Shown: positions 1-10,789 of the stretch, in pieces
How the letters are laid out: the number at the start of each line of letters is the position of its first letter
Position numbering within the stretch: the stretch's first letter is position 1
Assembly (NCBI GenBank): GCA_951406725.2
Contig: OX597836.1
Span: 8,990,001-9,054,000, forward strand
DNA length: 64,000 bases
Reading direction: 5' to 3'
From: Octopus vulgaris
Lineage: Eukaryota
Made by a program: the position numbers and the translations under genes
The notes under the pieces: model-generated
Told to the model about the DNA's origin: nothing
The model's database searches: none
Seen by the model: the letters and a program-made list of their open reading frames with translations, nothing else

Positions 1-360
1 CTTTCAATTCAAAAATCCAACAACGTTAATGGGACGAACAACCACATTTTTCTTTATTTCTGAAGAAACAGCGGTACAGAAGGGGCACATTTCATTCCCC
101 TTATTTCCTCCTCCCCAAACTCATTTTTTCTGACAAAACTCTGCTTTAGTCAAAAAGTTTTCTTGGCCAAGGTAACCAACCCTCTGTCCAGTTACACCTG
201 TCTTGCTATTCTTATAATGTGTGTACTATTCAACTTATAATGGGGCACTATCAACTCGAGTGTGTGTTCACACACGTTTTTGTCTGTCTGTCTGTCTGTC
301 CGCGTATTTGAATGTACAAACGCGAGTAAGGGGTGGGGGAAATTTACTCGATACATGTAA

Positions 361-700
361 ACGCCTTGAAGGGTTTAGTCAAACAAATCGACCCCATTTT
401 TTTTTTTTTCGTTTTTAAGTTTGGTCCTTACTCCATTTTCCTAATTTCCCGAGCCGCTAAGTTACGAAAACATAATACCGGTTGTCAAGCGGGGGAGGGG
501 AGACAAAAACACGTATACATATATAAGCATGCATACATGCACGACAGGCTTCTTTCAGTTTCTGTTTACCAAATCCACTTACAGGGCTCTGGTTGCCCCC
601 ACCCACCCCCGAGACTATATTAGAAGACACTTGCCCAAAATGCCACGCCGTGGAACTGAACCCGAAACTATGTGGTTGGGAAGCAAACTTCTTACTACAC
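361..700 (-). mobile_element. SINE family A, diverged copy
   Basis: Homology to 41703-42083. Confidence 0.8.
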
Positions 701-912
701 ACACACATAACACAAATGGTAGATGTTCTTCTTATAAAGAATTTGAGAAAAGTACTCAATCCATGCAATGAAGTACAGTTATTTGATACATTCAACAGTT
801 GCTTTTTTATTACTACTTGGTGTTTATTACATATATACGTTTCTTTAAGCGACAGACTGTTTCTATACGAAGTGGAACCTACAAGTGCATGTATTTCTGT
901 GTGATTGTCTTT

Positions 913-964
<52 letters not shown>

Positions 965-1025
965 CTTGTACAAATTGATATTGTTGTCTTATATTAAAAT
1001 TCCCGTTTTATTTGTCTTTTTACAG

Positions 1026-1933
1026 AATCATCCGTGATAACCGGTCAAGCACCCGAGCGCTATCCGCCAACAACAGGAACCTCTTCAAACGCGACCACGT
1101 GTGCATCCGGGTAACTTTCCACGAGCGCTATGACCAGTGACAATGATGACGATTTCGATTACGACGATGAATGCGTCTACCAGAATGCAAACTTCCGGTT
1201 TGTCACACGTGAAGTGTTGTGATCCAGCTGTGTGACCGACAGACAGACAGACTAGTCAGCAACATCCTCGCGTCCTACATTATTCCACCCATCTTGCTGC
1301 CTTGTCCACTGGACCGTGTCGCAGCTCTCCCCCCTCCACCCCACCCCCGCCCCGACTTCGCAATTTTCCCGTCGCATTACGGTCAAAGTCGGTGCGGTTT
1401 CATATCATCGCGGTTCCTTCTCCCGGCGTGTCCGACCGGGTCCAGTCACGCGTGATCCCGCTTTGCTTGTGTGTCTGATATACTTTTCTTTTTGCACTAG
1501 TCAAAAAAAACAGCCTCGCTGTGCATAACCGCGCCACTCACGCCATCCACGTACAACCAAAATTTCCCTAAAGCTTTTCTTTTTTTGTTTTTTGGCTTCT
1601 TTTTTTTTTTAAATTCAAAAATTGAAGCGGAAGTCCTATAAGTGTTTCGATAATTTACCGGAAATACAGGGACGACGGGCATCAGGGTCGCAAAAGCACA
1701 ATAACTGTAACCAAAACAGCAACGTTGTTGAAAGAAGTGAAAAAAAAACAACGATTCATAGTAAAGCGATTCTCAGTCGCACCAAACAGCCCGCCTGCCA
1801 TGCCCCACCACCACTGACACTGAACAACAATAAACGCTCGAAAAGAACGCATGATGCCTACAAAACAATACAAACATCGGATGCTATTTATCATTAGCGT
1901 TAATAAAAGATAAAAACAAATGAACAATTGTCG
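1026..1933 (+). other. Candidate exon (non-repetitive, CpG-rich) bounded by strong splice sites
   Basis: Acceptor tttgtctttttacAG (1024-1025) and donor TCG|GTAAGT (1933/1934). Free of SINEs and microsatellites. No long ORF. Confidence 0.4.
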
Positions 1934-1979
1934 GTAAGTATTTTAATATTTTTTGTTTGTTTTGTTTCGTTTTGGGGTG

Positions 1980-2403
1980 GATGGATGTATGTATGTGTGT
2001 ATGTATGTGTATGTATGTGTGTGTATGTATATGTATGTATGTATGTGTATGTATATATATATATATGTATGTGTATGTATATATATATATGTATGTGTAT
2101 GTGTATGTATATATATATATGTATGTGTATGTATATATATATATGTATGTATGTATGTGTATGTATATATATGTATATGTATGTATGTATGTGTATGTAT
2201 GTATGTATGTGTATATATATATATGTATGTGTATGTATATATATGTATGTGCATGTATGTATGTGTATGTGTATATATATGTATATATATATTCGTGTGT
2301 ATTTTGTGAGTGTAGTTCGTGTATGTGTGTGTGTGTATCTGTGAGTGTATGGATTCATGTATGTGTCTACAAATATGTATCTGTGAATGTGTGTGTGTCT
2401 AAG

Positions 2404-2461
<58 letters not shown>

Positions 2462-2674
2462 CATGCGTGAATTTACATGTTTGTATATGTGTATGCATGT
2501 ATCATATATGCGCATACCAAGTTACTCACACACACGTGTATGTGTATATACAAGCATAGATACACGCACACACTCACATATATATATATATATATAAACA
2601 CAAATACTCATGCACGTGGGTATGCATATATACACACACACACACACACCGATATGTACATAAATACACGTGTG

Positions 2675-2722
<48 letters not shown>

Positions 2723-2830
2723 AACACACACGTATATTCATTATACAATATATTATATACGTGTGTATATATGCATTTAAAAGATAGCCACACATACACA
2801 CAAATATTTGCTAAACTATTCTCCCTGTGT

Positions 2831-2860
<30 letters not shown>
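1980..2860. repeat. Compound (TA)/(TG)/(TATG) microsatellite
   Basis: Direct inspection. Confidence 0.95.
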
Positions 2861-2861
<1 letters not shown>

Positions 2862-2961
2862 ACATATCCCAAATCATTTAAGTATTCTGTTGTATCTATT
2901 ATATACGGCGCTATTGTCGAAATTTTAGTTGGTACGATTATCATTATTATTATTATTATTA

Positions 2962-2992
<31 letters not shown>

Positions 2993-3464
2993 CATTATTA
3001 TTAGATATATCGTGGCTATTGTTATTAATGATCTTTATGTGTGGCATGAGGTTGAAAGTACGCTCTCTCCCTCCTGTATGTGTGTGTGTGTGTTTGTTTG
3101 AGTATTATTATGAAGAGGGTGCGCCTGACTTTTTTTCTCTCTCTCACCCACCCTCCGCATCATCTCCTTCTCTCTCTCTTTCTCTCTGTCTGTCTCTCTC
3201 CTTCTCTCTCTCGTTATGGGATGTGGTGTAGTGCGAGTAACTAAATGACTTCCAACTTTACACCGAGAACTACAGACTGCAGCAGATTAGCTAACCGTTC
3301 ACAATTCCTGTTGTTTCACTTAGGTTTTCAAGACTGTCCAGCCTTTACCGACTGAGCGAGCGAGTGAGTGTGCGCGCGTGTATATATATATATATATACA
3401 CATACATATATTGTACTTCATGTGTGTAAATATTATTTATGTATATTGTACTTCGTGTGTGTAA

Positions 3465-3497
<33 letters not shown>

Positions 3498-3533
3498 CGT
3501 CAGTGTGTGTGTATATATTTATAGTACTTCGTG

Positions 3534-3579
<46 letters not shown>

Positions 3580-4431
3580 ACTTAGTGTGTGTGTATATAA
3601 TGTAGTTTGCGTGTATATATGTGCATATTTACATACAGGGCACTTTGTGTGTGAGTGTGTGTGTGTGTGTATATATATATTAGTGTACTTTGTATGTATG
3701 TATATACATAAATATATATATAGAGAGAGAGAGAGAATTATATGTATATATATATATATATATATTTGATTATATATGGTGTACTTTCAAATTAAGCGTA
3801 AATTAACGGCGAGCTTTTTTTCTTTTTTTTTTTTCTTTTTTTCTCTTGTATTTCATTTCCTGCGGCTGGAAAAATATTTAAAACAACCAAAATGACAACA
3901 GCAGGAGTAAGAGAGAAGTTGACCAGTTCTTACCTGTGACTTCCGAGACAAACTGCTCTCCTCACCAATAACAACAACAACAACAACAACAGGACTACCG
4001 ATTGCAGAGTTTGGAACACGCCTGGATTATTTCTATCTCCACCTACCCGACCGAGAACACACCCATTTTCCCATCACACACTGTCACGGAGACGTGCTTG
4101 CATACTCACTCACTTATACACATATAAATATATATTATATACATACATACATACGTACGTACATACGCACGCACTGACTAAACTGTGAGTAAAAGAGAGA
4201 GAAAAAATAATCTGATTATTCTCTTTAATTTCATCATACATCGTCATTAAGGGAAAGACAGCGACAACCACAACAGCACTTGGAATAGTTGTAGCCAGTC
4301 GTATCACCACTATCGTTATCAATACCACTATTATCATCACCACCAGCAGCAGTAGCAGCAACAGCAGCAGCAGCAGCAGCAGCAAGTCGACCGAGCAGTG
4401 GGACCCGCGCCCGTTGCCGTTCATTTTGCGC

Positions 4432-4845
4432 ATGGTGATGGAAGAGGAGCAAACGAACTTTACGGACGGCCACCTGGAGAACGAACGGCCCGTATGTAAA
4501 CCCACCCACCACTTCTGTGCCGACTACGATCGCTTCTATAACCGTTATCTGCCGGAACTAGCCAACTGCTTCCTTCTTCCTGGAACCGTTCTTCCCAATA
4601 TATACCCGCTTTACCCGTATTATAACCTCGTCAAATTCTTACAACAGATCCACAGCCGGGTCACTTACCTAGCAACCTTTATCGAGTTCACTTCGCTGGC
4701 AATATTAATCCGACGATTTTCTGTTACTAACGTTATTAGTTTTGTTAATATTATTGTTATTATTACTACTACTACTACTACTTCTGTTATTCTTCGTCTC
4801 TTTTCTTCAAGACAACTTCAGAAAACCTTGGAAATCAAGTCATGA
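4432..4845 (+). CDS. Uncharacterised 137-aa ORF (possible uORF) whose stop overlaps the ATG of the 933-aa ORF
   Basis: ATG at 4432, with a second ATG at 4438 in good context (gtgATGG). Non-repetitive, protein-like N-half (EEEQTNFTDGHLENERPVCKPTHHFCADYDRFYNRYLPELANCF). TGA 4843-4845 lies within tcATGA. Confidence 0.25.
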   Translation: MVMEEEQTNFTDGHLENERPVCKPTHHFCADYDRFYNRYLPELANCFLLPGTVLPNIYPLYPYYNLVKFLQQIHSRVTYLATFIEFTSLAILIRRFSVTNVISFVNIIVIITTTTTTSVILRLFSSRQLQKTLEIKS

Positions 4846-7643
4846 CGGCAATATTGAATCTAGACAGTCTCCAAACATTTTGTGTTCTTCACAGTTTTAG
4901 GAAGTGCAATGACACGGCAACAAAGTTCTTTGATTGCCAAAATGTAGTTTATACTGACCTACGACAGGAAAATGACGTCTCCACTTTACCTGTCCGAACT
5001 AATGGACAAAGAGATTACTTCTCCACTTTACCTGTCCGAAATAATGGACAAAGAGATGACCTTTCCACGTTACCCAGAGATGACCTCTCTACGTTACCTG
5101 TCCGAAATAATGGACTAAGAGACGAACTCTCCACGTTTACTGTCCGGAATGGACAGAGAGATGACCTCTACACGTTACCTGTCCCAAATAATGGACTAAA
5201 AGATGACCTCTCCACGCTACCAAGTGATAAACTCTCTATTTTACCAGTCCGAAATGGACAGAGAGATAACCTCTCCAGGTTTGCTGTCCGAAATAATGGA
5301 CTAAGAGATGACCTCTCCACGTTACCTGTCCGAAATGACGGACAAAGAGATGACCTCTCAAATTCAACAATCCGGAATAACGGACCAGTAGGTGACCTTT
5401 CACCTTTAATCATTATCGGAAATCAATTTGAACTTTCTAACCAACGGGATGGTCAGTTTGACCGCTGTCCTCTCCTGCGTGGTAATAATCTTTGCTGTTA
5501 TTGTTACAATCACCACAACCAACACCACAATCATCACCATCATCATCATCACACCAACAACCATAACCATTATTTACATCGTCAGCTTCGTCCCAATCAT
5601 CATCATCATCATCGTCGTTGTCGACATTCTCAGCACCATCCGCGTTGCACCCGACACGCCACAATCACCGCCATCGTCACCACCACCACCAACAACAACA
5701 ATAGCAACACAAACAACAACAACACATATATGCATCCCGCCTTACACACGCAGCACTATACCACCACACCTCTTCTCCGTCGCCGCCGTGACACCTTACA
5801 TTTAGAGCAGCGGTGCCACACACTCCATCACCACCACCATCTACATCGCGATTATCATCACTACCACCATCATCATCATCATCACCATCATCACAAACAA
5901 CTTCAGCAACATTGTGAGGACATTGTGGATTATTACTGTTATAATTGTCATCATCATCATCATCAACCACATCGTCGTAACTGTATGAAGCAGAGGGGAA
6001 ATGACAACCCAGCTGACTCGAGTTCGAATCACAGTCGCGTCGCGAACATCACCGGTGAACTTGAGCTTCTTTCTCCTCTTCACCACCAGCATCATCATCA
6101 TCATCATCACCATCATCATCTCCTACTTTCCAGTACTGTCATCGCCACCCCTCAACCCGCTGCCGTTGTCAAAGCAACGGCGACAGACGGACTTCGCGTC
6201 GCACCTGTTGATGATATTGTCACGGCGGCGGTGGCGGCGCGGCTGGTGGCGGTTGTGATGACGAAGACGGTGTCATCGGCATCAGTGGCCACCACTACTG
6301 CTATTACCATCCACTTAACAACAACAACAACAACAACATCAGCAGCAGCAAGGCTTGCGCTTATAGTTTCTTTGGATACTATAACCTCCACTACTACTAC
6401 TACTACTACTACCACCACTACAGACAGTGCCGTCGTAGGTTCGAGTGACGAAAGGGTCACAGGTTTGGAATGTTGTCTGCATTGCTGTTGCCACCACCGA
6501 CGGTACCACTGCTGTTCCGACGACGCGAACTCTCAACCTTGTGTCCCATACGAATGCGACACGCAAAACTTCCAAGAACTACCGCTACCGTTGCTTCTAC
6601 TACAAGGAGTACCATGTGACCGTGTCGGTTATCGGTTGGCTGTTTTAGTAAGAAGCAGCATCGGTTTATGTGATCACCGCCATAATCATCATCATCAGCA
6701 GCAGCAGCACTGTCACTATCCTCACCATCTTTCTTCAGACAGTTGCCATAACGACAGAGAACAGAGTTCTTTCAGTTTATTCCATCATCATCATCATCAT
6801 CACCACCAGCAGCATCATCATCAGAAAGAAGAACAGAATAACAGCCACCATTACCACCAAAACTACTGTTACTACTACGACTACTACTCTCAGCAACAGT
6901 GCCACGGTTTCGAAACACACTTGTTGCATATCCATCGTCATAACAACAACAACAACAACAACAGCAGCGGTGATAACTATTCCACAGAAATCACAGCTGT
7001 CAGGGCAACTACTACTACTACTACTACTACTAGTAGTAATGATGGTGATGATGTTGATGATAATACATCACTCTGCCAGGTGGACAACAGCAGCGACACA
7101 CGACGACGGAATAACTCAACTGCGACACCCTTGTGTCTCGACGTCGCTGCCACCGCCGCCGCCGCCGCCGCCGTCTCCAACAGCGGCGACACCACCAGCG
7201 GCACAAGTTCTTCAACCAAGGATCCCAACGGTACCTCATGGATTACAAAAAGCCACCATGAAAATGCAATCAACCGTAAAATCGACAACAACAACAACCG
7301 GAACGACAATAACAACAACAACAACAACAACAAGAGGAATAATAATAATAATAATAATAATAATTCTCATCGACAACCTGTTGTTGGCAAATGTAGTAAA
7401 TGTGATCAAAGTGTCTGTGAGTGTCACAGATATTCGAAGCGAGATCGAAACGTGCACCTCGGGACTTCGGCCAAAGGTGCCGAGGTCGGAAAGCAAACCA
7501 GTCGTTTGTCGCAGATATTTGTGAAGAAATCGCCAAATCTTACACATGAGATGTCGCGAAGTTGGCCTTTGACTCAGGTAAGTTTCACATACAACTTTTC
7601 ATTCCCACACTTTGCCGACCTCGTCTTTCCTCCACCATTTTGA
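4842..7643 (+). CDS. Uncharacterised 933-aa low-complexity ORF (His/Thr/Asn/Cys-rich, N-terminal 13-14 aa tandem repeats); coding status uncertain
   Basis: Uninterrupted 2.8-kb frame from ATG 4842. It contains only trinucleotide repeats and in-frame repeat indels, with no SINEs. No recognisable domain. Confidence 0.35.
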   Translation: MTAILNLDSLQTFCVLHSFRKCNDTATKFFDCQNVVYTDLRQENDVSTLPVRTNGQRDYFSTLPVRNNGQRDDLSTLPRDDLSTLPVRNNGLRDELSTFTVRNGQRDDLYTLPVPNNGLKDDLSTLPSDKLSILPVRNGQRDNLSRFAVRNNGLRDDLSTLPVRNDGQRDDLSNSTIRNNGPVGDLSPLIIIGNQFELSNQRDGQFDRCPLLRGNNLCCYCYNHHNQHHNHHHHHHHTNNHNHYLHRQLRPNHHHHHRRCRHSQHHPRCTRHATITAIVTTTTNNNNSNTNNNNTYMHPALHTQHYTTTPLLRRRRDTLHLEQRCHTLHHHHHLHRDYHHYHHHHHHHHHHKQLQQHCEDIVDYYCYNCHHHHHQPHRRNCMKQRGNDNPADSSSNHSRVANITGELELLSPLHHQHHHHHHHHHHLLLSSTVIATPQPAAVVKATATDGLRVAPVDDIVTAAVAARLVAVVMTKTVSSASVATTTAITIHLTTTTTTTSAAARLALIVSLDTITSTTTTTTTTTTTDSAVVGSSDERVTGLECCLHCCCHHRRYHCCSDDANSQPCVPYECDTQNFQELPLPLLLLQGVPCDRVGYRLAVLVRSSIGLCDHRHNHHHQQQQHCHYPHHLSSDSCHNDREQSSFSLFHHHHHHHHQQHHHQKEEQNNSHHYHQNYCYYYDYYSQQQCHGFETHLLHIHRHNNNNNNNSSGDNYSTEITAVRATTTTTTTTSSNDGDDVDDNTSLCQVDNSSDTRRRNNSTATPLCLDVAATAAAAAAVSNSGDTTSGTSSSTKDPNGTSWITKSHHENAINRKIDNNNNRNDNNNNNNNNKRNNNNNNNNNSHRQPVVGKCSKCDQSVCECHRYSKRDRNVHLGTSAKGAEVGKQTSRLSQIFVKKSPNLTHEMSRSWPLTQVSFTYNFSFPHFADLVFPPPF
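4972..5408 (+). repeat. Degenerate minisatellite, about 11-12 units of 42/39/24 bp (DDLSTLPVRNNGQR)
   Basis: Repeated gatgacctctccacgttacctgtccgaaataatggac motif; all unit lengths are multiples of 3. Confidence 0.9.
7551..7577 (+). CDS. Probable upstream coding exon end of the trunk-like gene (MSRSWPLTQ), spliced in phase 0 to 21902
   Basis: ATG at 7551 (gagATGt). Consensus donor CAG|GTAAGT at 7577/7578 falls exactly after a codon, and the acceptor at 21901 is followed by an in-frame ATG. The implied intron 7578-21901 is filled with SINEs. No transcript evidence available. Confidence 0.5.
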
Positions 7644-7654
7644 CTCAGCTATTC

Positions 7655-8260
7655 ATCTCTCTCTCTCTCTACCTCTACCTCTTTTCTCTCTCTCTCTCTC
7701 TCTCTACCTCTTTTCTCTCTCTCTCTCTCTCTCTCTACCTCTCCTTTCTCTGTATCTCTCTTCTCTTATCTACCCCCTCTCTCTCTCTCTCATCGCTCTA
7801 CCTCTGTCATCTCTACCTCTCTAATCACCTCACTACTTCTCTCTCTCATCCACTTTCTCTCATCTCTCTCTCATCCCCTCTCTCTCATCGCTCTGCCTCT
7901 CATCTCTCCCACTTATCTCTCTCTCTCTCTCTCTCTCAACCTTTCTGACATTTCTATATATCTCATCCACTCGCTCTCTCTCTCTCATCATCTCCCTCAC
8001 TCTCATCCTCTCTCTCTCTCTCTCTCATCTTCTCTCTCATCCTCTCTCTTATCATCTCTCTCTCTCTCTTTGCTTCGAAGTCCCCATCGGGTTCCGTTTT
8101 GTATTTAAAATTTCAGGAGGTGGGGAATGTCGATAACTTTAATGTCAGTCAAGTTCTGTGAGTCTCTCTCTCTCTTTCTCTCTCATCCTCTCTCTCTCTC
8201 TCATCCTCTCTCTCTCTCTCATCCTCTCTCTCTCTCATCCTCTCTCTCTCTCTCTCTATT
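7655..8260. repeat. Degenerate (CT)n polypyrimidine tract
   Basis: Direct inspection. Confidence 0.95.
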
Positions 8261-8483
8261 CTAACTAACAACTGACTGCATCTCTTTCACGAAATGCCTG
8301 TTCTTGTGTTTAATTATTACTATTTGATTAAATCATTTGCCCGTCGGACAAAATGCCTGTCGATATTTCTTCCGACTCATTACGTTGTGAGTTCAAATTC
8401 CGCCAAGGTTAAATTTGCCTTTCATCACTCCGAGGACGATAAAACAAGCCCCTCCCCCTAAAACTGTTGGTCTTATGCCAAAA

Positions 8484-8517
<34 letters not shown>

Positions 8518-8900
8518 AGGCGGCGAGCTGGCAAAATCGTTAGCAGGCTGGACGAAATGCTTAGCTACGTTCTGAGTTCAAATTTCGCCGAGGTCGACTT
8601 TGCCTTTCATCCTTTCGGGCTCGATAAAATTAGTACCAGTTACGCACTGAGGTCGATATAATCGACCAGTCCCCTTCCCCAAAATTTCAGGCTTTGTGCC
8701 TATAGTATAAAGGCTTCTTATTATTATAAAGGCAGAATCGTTAGCACGCCGGACGAAATGTTGAGCGGCATTTCGTCCGCCTTTATGTTCTGCATTCAAA
8801 TTTCGCCGGGATCGACTTTGCCTTTACTGGGGGTCGATATAATCGATTAATACCCTCCTCCAAATTTCAGGCCTTGTGCCAATAATCGAAAGGATTATTA
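8518..8900 (+). mobile_element. Tandem SINE family B copies separated by (TTA)n
   Basis: Homology to 39271-39506; further copies near 8340-8480 and 9249-9465. Confidence 0.85.
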
Positions 8901-9672
8901 TTATCATTATTATTATTATTATGGGTTTTTCTTCTTCTTTCAAATTTGCTTCCATTTCTTGCTGAGTGTCTTCCCGACTCCTAGGGCAAAGAAACTCATA
9001 GTATACATTGGTAGGCCATTAAACTAAACTCACTAGTTCGTTCATTTTTTTTTTTTTTGATAGAAATAAAGTTAAATTAAAATACATGGGTAGTAATAGT
9101 TCTCACATCGACAATGCTCTTCTTAATACGTGTGATGTACCAGTTAAGACAATCTTTTGCACTTCTTGCTGGGATGGTAAGCCAGGGATCATTCTCATAT
9201 AATTTTCGGTTCCCTTATTGATCATTTCTACTATTATTATTATTATTTAGGCAGCGAGCTGGCAGAATCGTTAGCACGCTGGACAAAATGCTTAGCAGCG
9301 TTTCGTACATCTTAGTTTTGAGTTCAAATTCTGCCATGGTCAAGTTTGCCTTTCATCCTTTCAGGTTCAGTGAAATAAATACCATTTGAGCATTAGGGGG
9401 TCAATTTAATCGACTATCCCCCACCCCCCGGAAATTCCAGGTTTCGTGTTTATAGCGTAAAGGAATATCATGGCTTGCTATTTGGTGGAATCGTTATAGC
9501 GTCGAACGAAGTGTTTAATAACATTTCTTCCAAGCCATTACGACCTGTGTTCATTTCTCGCCGGGGTCAACTTTACCATTCGTCAGTACTGGGCTCAATT
9601 TAGTGGACTAAACCCATCCCCACAAAACTGCTGTCTCTGTGCCAAAATTTGAAACAATTATTTTTGGATGTA

Positions 9673-9983
9673 AGGGGGGCACATGGCCTAGTGGTTAGAG
9701 CAGCGGACTCGCGGTCGAGGGATCGCTGGTTCGAAACTCAGACCGGGCGATGTGTGTGTTTATGAGCGAAACACCTAAGCTCCACGCGGTTCCGGCAGAA
9801 GTTAATGAAGTTCTGCTGACTCTTTCGTCACAACTTTCTCTCTCACTCTTTCCTCCTGCATCTTGCAGTTCACCTGCGACGGACCGGCGTCCCGTCCAGG
9901 TGGGGAACTTATATGCCAATTAAACCGGGGAAACCGGCCCTTATGAGCCAGGCGTGACTCGAGAAGAGACAAACAAACAACAA
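9673..9983 (+). mobile_element. tRNA-derived SINE family C
   Basis: A box tggcctagtgg, B box ggttcgaaact. Near-identical copies at 45073-45363 (-) and 56699-57005 (+). Confidence 0.9.
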
Positions 9984-10131
9984 CATTTTTGGATGTATTT
10001 GTGTAGGATGTGAGTCGGTTTATACAGTACGGGAGGTTATGAATGCGTAGAATCTGTTGTGAGTTATTCTACACAACGGTCGTATAGTATGTTATAGTAT
10101 GATAATATGGGGGTGGAGTGACCGTATGGGT

Positions 10132-10391
10132 CAATGGTTCTCAACCAGGATTCATATAGCTTTTGGGACTCCATTTGCGTAAGATTTTGTTAAAATTTAT
10201 CTGCAATGAATTGGTCGTACCTTTACAATGCACAAAATATTCCAACAATTTTTTTTACATAATTCCTAGTATTTAACTATTAAAATATAAACTTATTTTT
10301 AGGCATCAAATGTTTATGAGGGTTCATCCGAGCGAAATAAGAATCAAGGGGTGGGTGGAGGTGCATAGGAAAAAATAGCTGAGAACCACTG
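10132..10391. mobile_element. hAT-like MITE; related inverted copy at 18623-18869
   Basis: Termini caatggttctcaacc / gctgagaaccactg (CAGTGGTTCTCAA-type TIR). Confidence 0.65.
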
Positions 10392-10446
10392 GAGCAGATC
10401 ATATGCTATGCAAATTGGGCTGGTGGTTGGGTAATATATGTATATG

Positions 10447-10789
10447 TGAAGGTGCATGGCTCAGTGGTTAAAGCATCGGGCTTACAATCATGAGGTAGTG
10501 AGTTCGATTCTTGGACTGGGCTGTGTGTTGTGTTCTTGAGCAAGACACTTTAATCCACGTTGCTCCAGTTTACTAATCTGTAGAAATTAGTTGTGACGTC
10601 ACTGGTGCCAAGCTGTGTCGGCCCCTTTGCCTTTCCCTTGGATAACACTGGTGGCGTGGAGAGGGGAGACTGGTATGCAGGGGCAACTGCTGGTCATCCA
10701 TAAAATAACCTTGCCCGAACTTATGCTTAGGAGGGGAACTTTCCAGGTGCAATCTCATGGTCATTCATGACCGAAGGGAGTCTTTACCC
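10447..10789 (+). mobile_element. tRNA-derived SINE family D
   Basis: A box tggctcagtgg, B box agttcgattc. Internally deleted inverse copy at 54781-54980. Confidence 0.85.

Noticed and set aside
4972-5408. Regularly spaced repeats resembling a CRISPR array
   Set aside because: Units are contiguous with no unique spacers, the context is eukaryotic, and there are no cas genes.
9673-9745. tRNA-like sequences (also 10447, 42830, 56699 and the SINE-B heads)
   Set aside because: They are SINE heads with A/B boxes continuing into SINE bodies; no complete cloverleaf, so not called as tRNA genes.
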